Below, in pieces: positions 59,963-64,000 of a stretch of 64,000 nucleotides of DNA. Origin of the DNA: Hemiscyllium ocellatum (Eukaryota); NCBI RefSeq assembly GCF_020745735.1, contig NC_083410.1:23224117-23288116 (forward strand), given 5' to 3'. Made by a program: the position numbers and the translations under genes. Below the pieces are notes generated by a model that ran no database searches, was not told the origin of the DNA, and was given only the letters and a program-made list of their open reading frames with translations. The stretch's first letter is position 1, and each line of letters starts with the position of its first letter.

Positions 59963-60714
59963 CTGAAATGTTGTAGTAAGAAAACACAAGGTTTGTATGG
60001 TATCTGAGTGGTCATGGTAATGAACTGATTAGAACAAGTTGTGAAACATAATTCAATTAAATCTGCCAATTTGTGGTGAAGCACCTGAAGATGCCAATGA
60101 GGCAAGGCAAAAGCAATTGCCTTGGCATTGAAGCATTGCTAGACAAAACTTTGGCATCAATGTCACAAGGAAGACAGAACAGTTTGTAACATAACTGCAA
60201 GGTAAGGATCAACCAACCTCAGATATTTAAAAATATTCATCTAACATAAATAAATCAGTGGTTTGTTCACCTCTCTATGCCAGTTCCACTTGTGATTGGA
60301 CTGATAACAAAGCTGCTCATGCCAGCCTACAGCAAGGTCCAGGCAATGTCAAAACTTCACTGACAAATGACAAGTCTCAACATAGCTTTGTGTGTTTACC
60401 GTGCTGTACACACATTCTAGGCAAAGTGTAACATACATAACCTTTGCAGAGTTTTGCATTTTACAAAACTGTTACTGCAGTGCTGTAACATAACCTCACA
60501 ATGAATTCTGTTTCTTATGGGCTCAAATAAATCACTGTCAAAATGATTTTGTGGAATACTCCCACACAAGCCAAATCAGCAAAGATTGACAATCAACAGC
60601 AATGTGCAGTTCCCTGAAGTTGAGGGCATACTCAGCGTTTTTGCTTATCTAAAATATGGTTGCATAAACAGCCCTTTAAAAAAATGAGATTTTTAATAGA
60701 ATTTTTAATGTAAT

Positions 60715-61050
60715 CCACATGGTGTAGAAACAGATCATTTGTCCCAACAAGTCAACACCAACCCTTGGAAGGGCTTCCCACCCAAACCCATCCTCCCATC
60801 CTATCCCTGTAACTCTGCATGTAACAAACACACCTAACCTATACATCCCTGAACACTATGGGTAATTCAGCATGTCCAATTCACCTAATGTGCACCGGGA
60901 GGAAACTGGAGCACCGGGTGGAAACTCACACAGACACGGGGATAACGCGCAAACTCCACACAGACAGTCGTCTGAGACTGGAACTGAATACGGGTCCCTG
61001 GCGCTGTGAGGCAGCGGTGCTAACCACTGAGCCACTATGCCTCCCTGGCC
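60715..61050 (-). mobile_element. Older V-SINE (HE1-like)
   Basis: Head ggcatagtggctcagtggttagcaccgctgcctcacagcgccagggacc on -. Confidence 0.85.
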
Positions 61051-61069
61051 GCATATACTGATTTTTAAA

Positions 61070-63130
61070 AAATTCACTCGTGGAACGTGGGTGTTGCTCG
61101 CTGGTCAGCATTTATTGCCCACTTCTAGTTACCCTTGATTGGTGGTGCTGAGCTGCCTTCTTGAACCTCTGCAGCCCATTTGCTGTAAGTTGATATACAC
61201 AATGTCCTCAGGCAGGGAATTCCAGTATTTTGACCCAGTGACAGTGAAGGAACAGCAATTTATTTCCAAGTCAGGGTGATGAGTGATTTGGACCAGAACT
61301 TGCAGGTGGTGGTGTTCTCATGTAGCTGCTGGCCTTACCCTTCTAGACGGAAGTGGTCATAGGTTTGGACGGTGGTGTCTAGGGACCTTTAGTGAACTTC
61401 TGCAGTGCATCTTGTAGATGGTACACACTGCTGCTACTGAACGCCGGTGATGGAGGGAGTAGACACTTGTGGATGTGGTACTAATTAAGCATGCTGCTTT
61501 GTCCTGGATGGGGAATCAGGTGGTGAGTCACTCGCTGCAATATTCCGAGCCTTTGACATACTCTTGTAACCACTGTGTTTATGTGGTGAGTCCAGTTGAG
61601 TTTCTGGTCTATTGGTAAACGCCCACGATGTTGATAGTGGGGATTCAGTAATGGCAACAAAATTTAATGTCAAAAGGTGGTTACATCGTCTCTTACTGGA
61701 GATGGCCATTGCATGGCAGTCCAAAGCACAGTCTGAAAATGCGCAGCTTAGGTGTGATTGGCCATGCGAAATTGCCCTGTAACGTCCAGGGATGTGCAGG
61801 ATATGTGGATTAGTCATGGTTAGTGCAGGGTTACAGGAAGAGGGTGGAATGCTCTCTGGCGGCTCAGTGCAGACTCAATGGGTTCAACGACCTGTATCTA
61901 TACTGCAGTGATTCTATGATTCTGGCAGTTGTGTGATGCAAAGATTACTTACCAGCCCAAGTCTGGATACTGTCTAGATCCTGTTGCACTTGAACAAGGA
62001 CTGCTTCAGTATCTGAGCAGTCACAAAAGTTGCTAAACATTGGGCTATCATTGGCAACATTTTTTCTTCTGAGCTTATGATGGAGGGAAGGTCATTAATG
62101 AAGCAGTTGAAGATGGCTGGGCCTAAGGCAGCAAACAGAGGAACTCTTGTAGAGATGTCTGGAGCTGAGATAACCGACCTCCATTTAGATCTTTCGATGT
62201 GCCAGGTATGAATCCAACCATTGGAGAGTTTGCCCCAATACCCACTGATTACAGTTTTGATAGGGCTCCTTGATGCTGCACTTGGTTGAATGCAACCTTT
62301 ATGTCAAGAACTGTCACTCTCACCTCACCTCTGAAATTCAGCTCTTTTGTCCATATTTGAACCAAGGCGGAAATGAGGTCAAGAACTGATTGACGTGGGT
62401 GGAACCCAAACTGGGCATCAAATGAGCAGATTAGTATTCAGCAGGTACTATTTGATAGCACTGCTGATGACACTTTCTATCACTTGAGTGATGATTGACT
62501 GTAGACTGATGGGATGGTAACTGGCTAGGCTGGATTAGTTCTGCTTTTTACGCACAGAACATACATGGGCCATTTTCCACATTGTCAGGTAGAAGTCATG
62601 CTGTAACTGTTCTGAAGAGCTTGGCTAGGGGATTGGCATGTTTTGGAGCACAAGTCTTCAGTCCTATTGCCAGAATGTTATCAGGGCCATAGTCTTTGCA
62701 GTATCCGTACCTCCAATTGTTTTTTGATATCACATAGAGTGAATTGAATTGGCTGGAGGAGGCCAATTTGAATCATCTACTTGGCACTTTTGACTGAAAA
62801 CAGCAGCGAATGCTTCAGCCTTATTTTTTGCACTGATATGACAGGCTCTTCCATCATTGAGAATGGGGATATTGTGGAGTTCCTATCCCAGTGAGTCGTT
62901 TAATTATCTACCACCATTCAGGACTGCAGAGCTTGGATCTGATCCGTTGGTTGTGGAATTACTCAGCTCCATTTGTCACTTGCTGTTTATGCTGTTTGGC
63001 ATGCAAGTAGTCCTGGTTGATAGCTTCACCAGGTTGACATGTCATATTTTTGGTATTCCTGGTGCTGCTCCTGGCACACCATCCTACACTTTGTATTGAA
63101 CAGGGTTGATTCCCTGAACAAGAGCAAATG
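61070..63130 (-). mobile_element. LINE of a second family (CR1/L2 group), 5'-truncated, with a V-SINE fragment inserted at ~61720-61922 (+)
   Basis: ORF 62959-63156 GNQPC..CQPGEAINQDYLHAKQ; ttgacataaaggttgcattcaac (DI..AF) RT motif on -; 3' tail at 61070. Confidence 0.75.
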
Positions 63131-63655
63131 GCAATAAAAAAGTCTGTTTCAAACAAATCAACATTAAGATTTGATATTGGTTACACTACTGGTACATTTT
63201 CTCAAATCTAGTTGTCCGATATTCAGTAAAATCCCTTGCTCTCATAAGTACATCCATTATCGGGCTGATCCTAGAGCATGGAATCAATGACAGTTGTGCA
63301 TGGACAGGACATGAGTCCAGTACAGCGCTTTAAGATTGAACTTTCCCAACCCTCCCTATTCCCCAAACACAATGTTGTCTTTTCCATCTTTGGGTGAGAT
63401 TCGGGAATGCTCTCTTACCTTCTTTCACAACACTCGGGTCTACGTTCAAGCCCAATGTTCAAAATCTAGGAAAATTTTGAAATCCAGCTCTGGAGTGCTG
63501 GATTTTGGACATCTGAGCCTGTACTTCCTCACACCTGCTATTTCCACATTCTCAAAAAACAAATTAAAAGCAGCATTCCAAAGTGTGAACATATGTGGAT
63601 CACTCTATTTATGCTCAGGTTGTTAATAGTCAATACCTCATTTTAAACACCTTAC

Positions 63656-63839
63656 CTTTCAAAAATGATTTGGGAGGTTTGAAAGCAACAATAAAATTCT
63701 TTAGCAAGAAAGTAAGGATTAATCCAGCTTCCGTGTTTTCAGCACTATAATGCCGCACATTTTTCACATATTGTGTAAGTAGTCCTACTGGCACCATGTT
63801 CCCTTCAACAGAATCACAATGCCATTTTTGAGAAACTTT
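63656..63839 (-). CDS. HEATR1: HEATR1 exon (most 5' in window; the gene continues beyond 64000)
   Basis: ttcag|AAA...AAAG|gtaagg, 184 nt, open; KVSQKWHCDSVEGNMVPVGLL..ILTFLLKNFIVAFKPPKSFLK; phase matches the 59962 acceptor. Confidence 0.88.
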
Positions 63840-64000
63840 CTGAAATGAAAGAGAATAATTAGATTTATTTTGAAATACTCAGCAAACTGAGGAAATGGTT
63901 TTAGACATGATGTCTTGGAGGCTAAGAGATTTATTCTTTGGAATCCCATGGTTTCATCTGGAAAACCAGAAGTTCTCAATTTTAAAGACTGTGTACTCAG

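Noticed and set aside
1-64000. CRISPR arrays, operons, viral or LTR elements
   Set aside because: No regular repeat-spacer array and no gag, integrase or env motifs. The content is explained by two spliced genes and non-LTR or DNA transposon debris.

Overview
Repeat-rich, AT-rich vertebrate genomic DNA, most likely from a shark (inferred from HE1/V-SINE-like SINEs, CR1-type LINEs and a DeuSINE-like element). It holds the 3' ends of two convergent genes. The last two coding exons of galectin-8 (LGALS8) lie on + (3906-4071, 5005-5154). The last 28 coding exons of HEATR1/UTP10 lie on - (63839 down to the stop at 8668); all introns are GT-AG with consistent phases, and the spliced CDS is 4236 nt (1411 aa). 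Most ORFs in the supplied track are transposon debris or exon read-through. The most striking structure is a set of at least 9 head-to-head inverted-repeat insertions from about 5 Penelope-like families. Seven are flanked by 9-17 bp direct repeats. Each carries a minimal hammerhead-ribozyme core (CTGANGA-stem II-GAAA-palindromic stem III-UH) whose helices co-vary between families. Other observations: an Asn-to-Ala change in the galectin-8 C-terminal sugar-binding motif, a LINE-derived 3' splice region, and a weak intronic C/D snoRNA candidate. Exon boundaries were read at nucleotide level; repeat boundaries are approximate.
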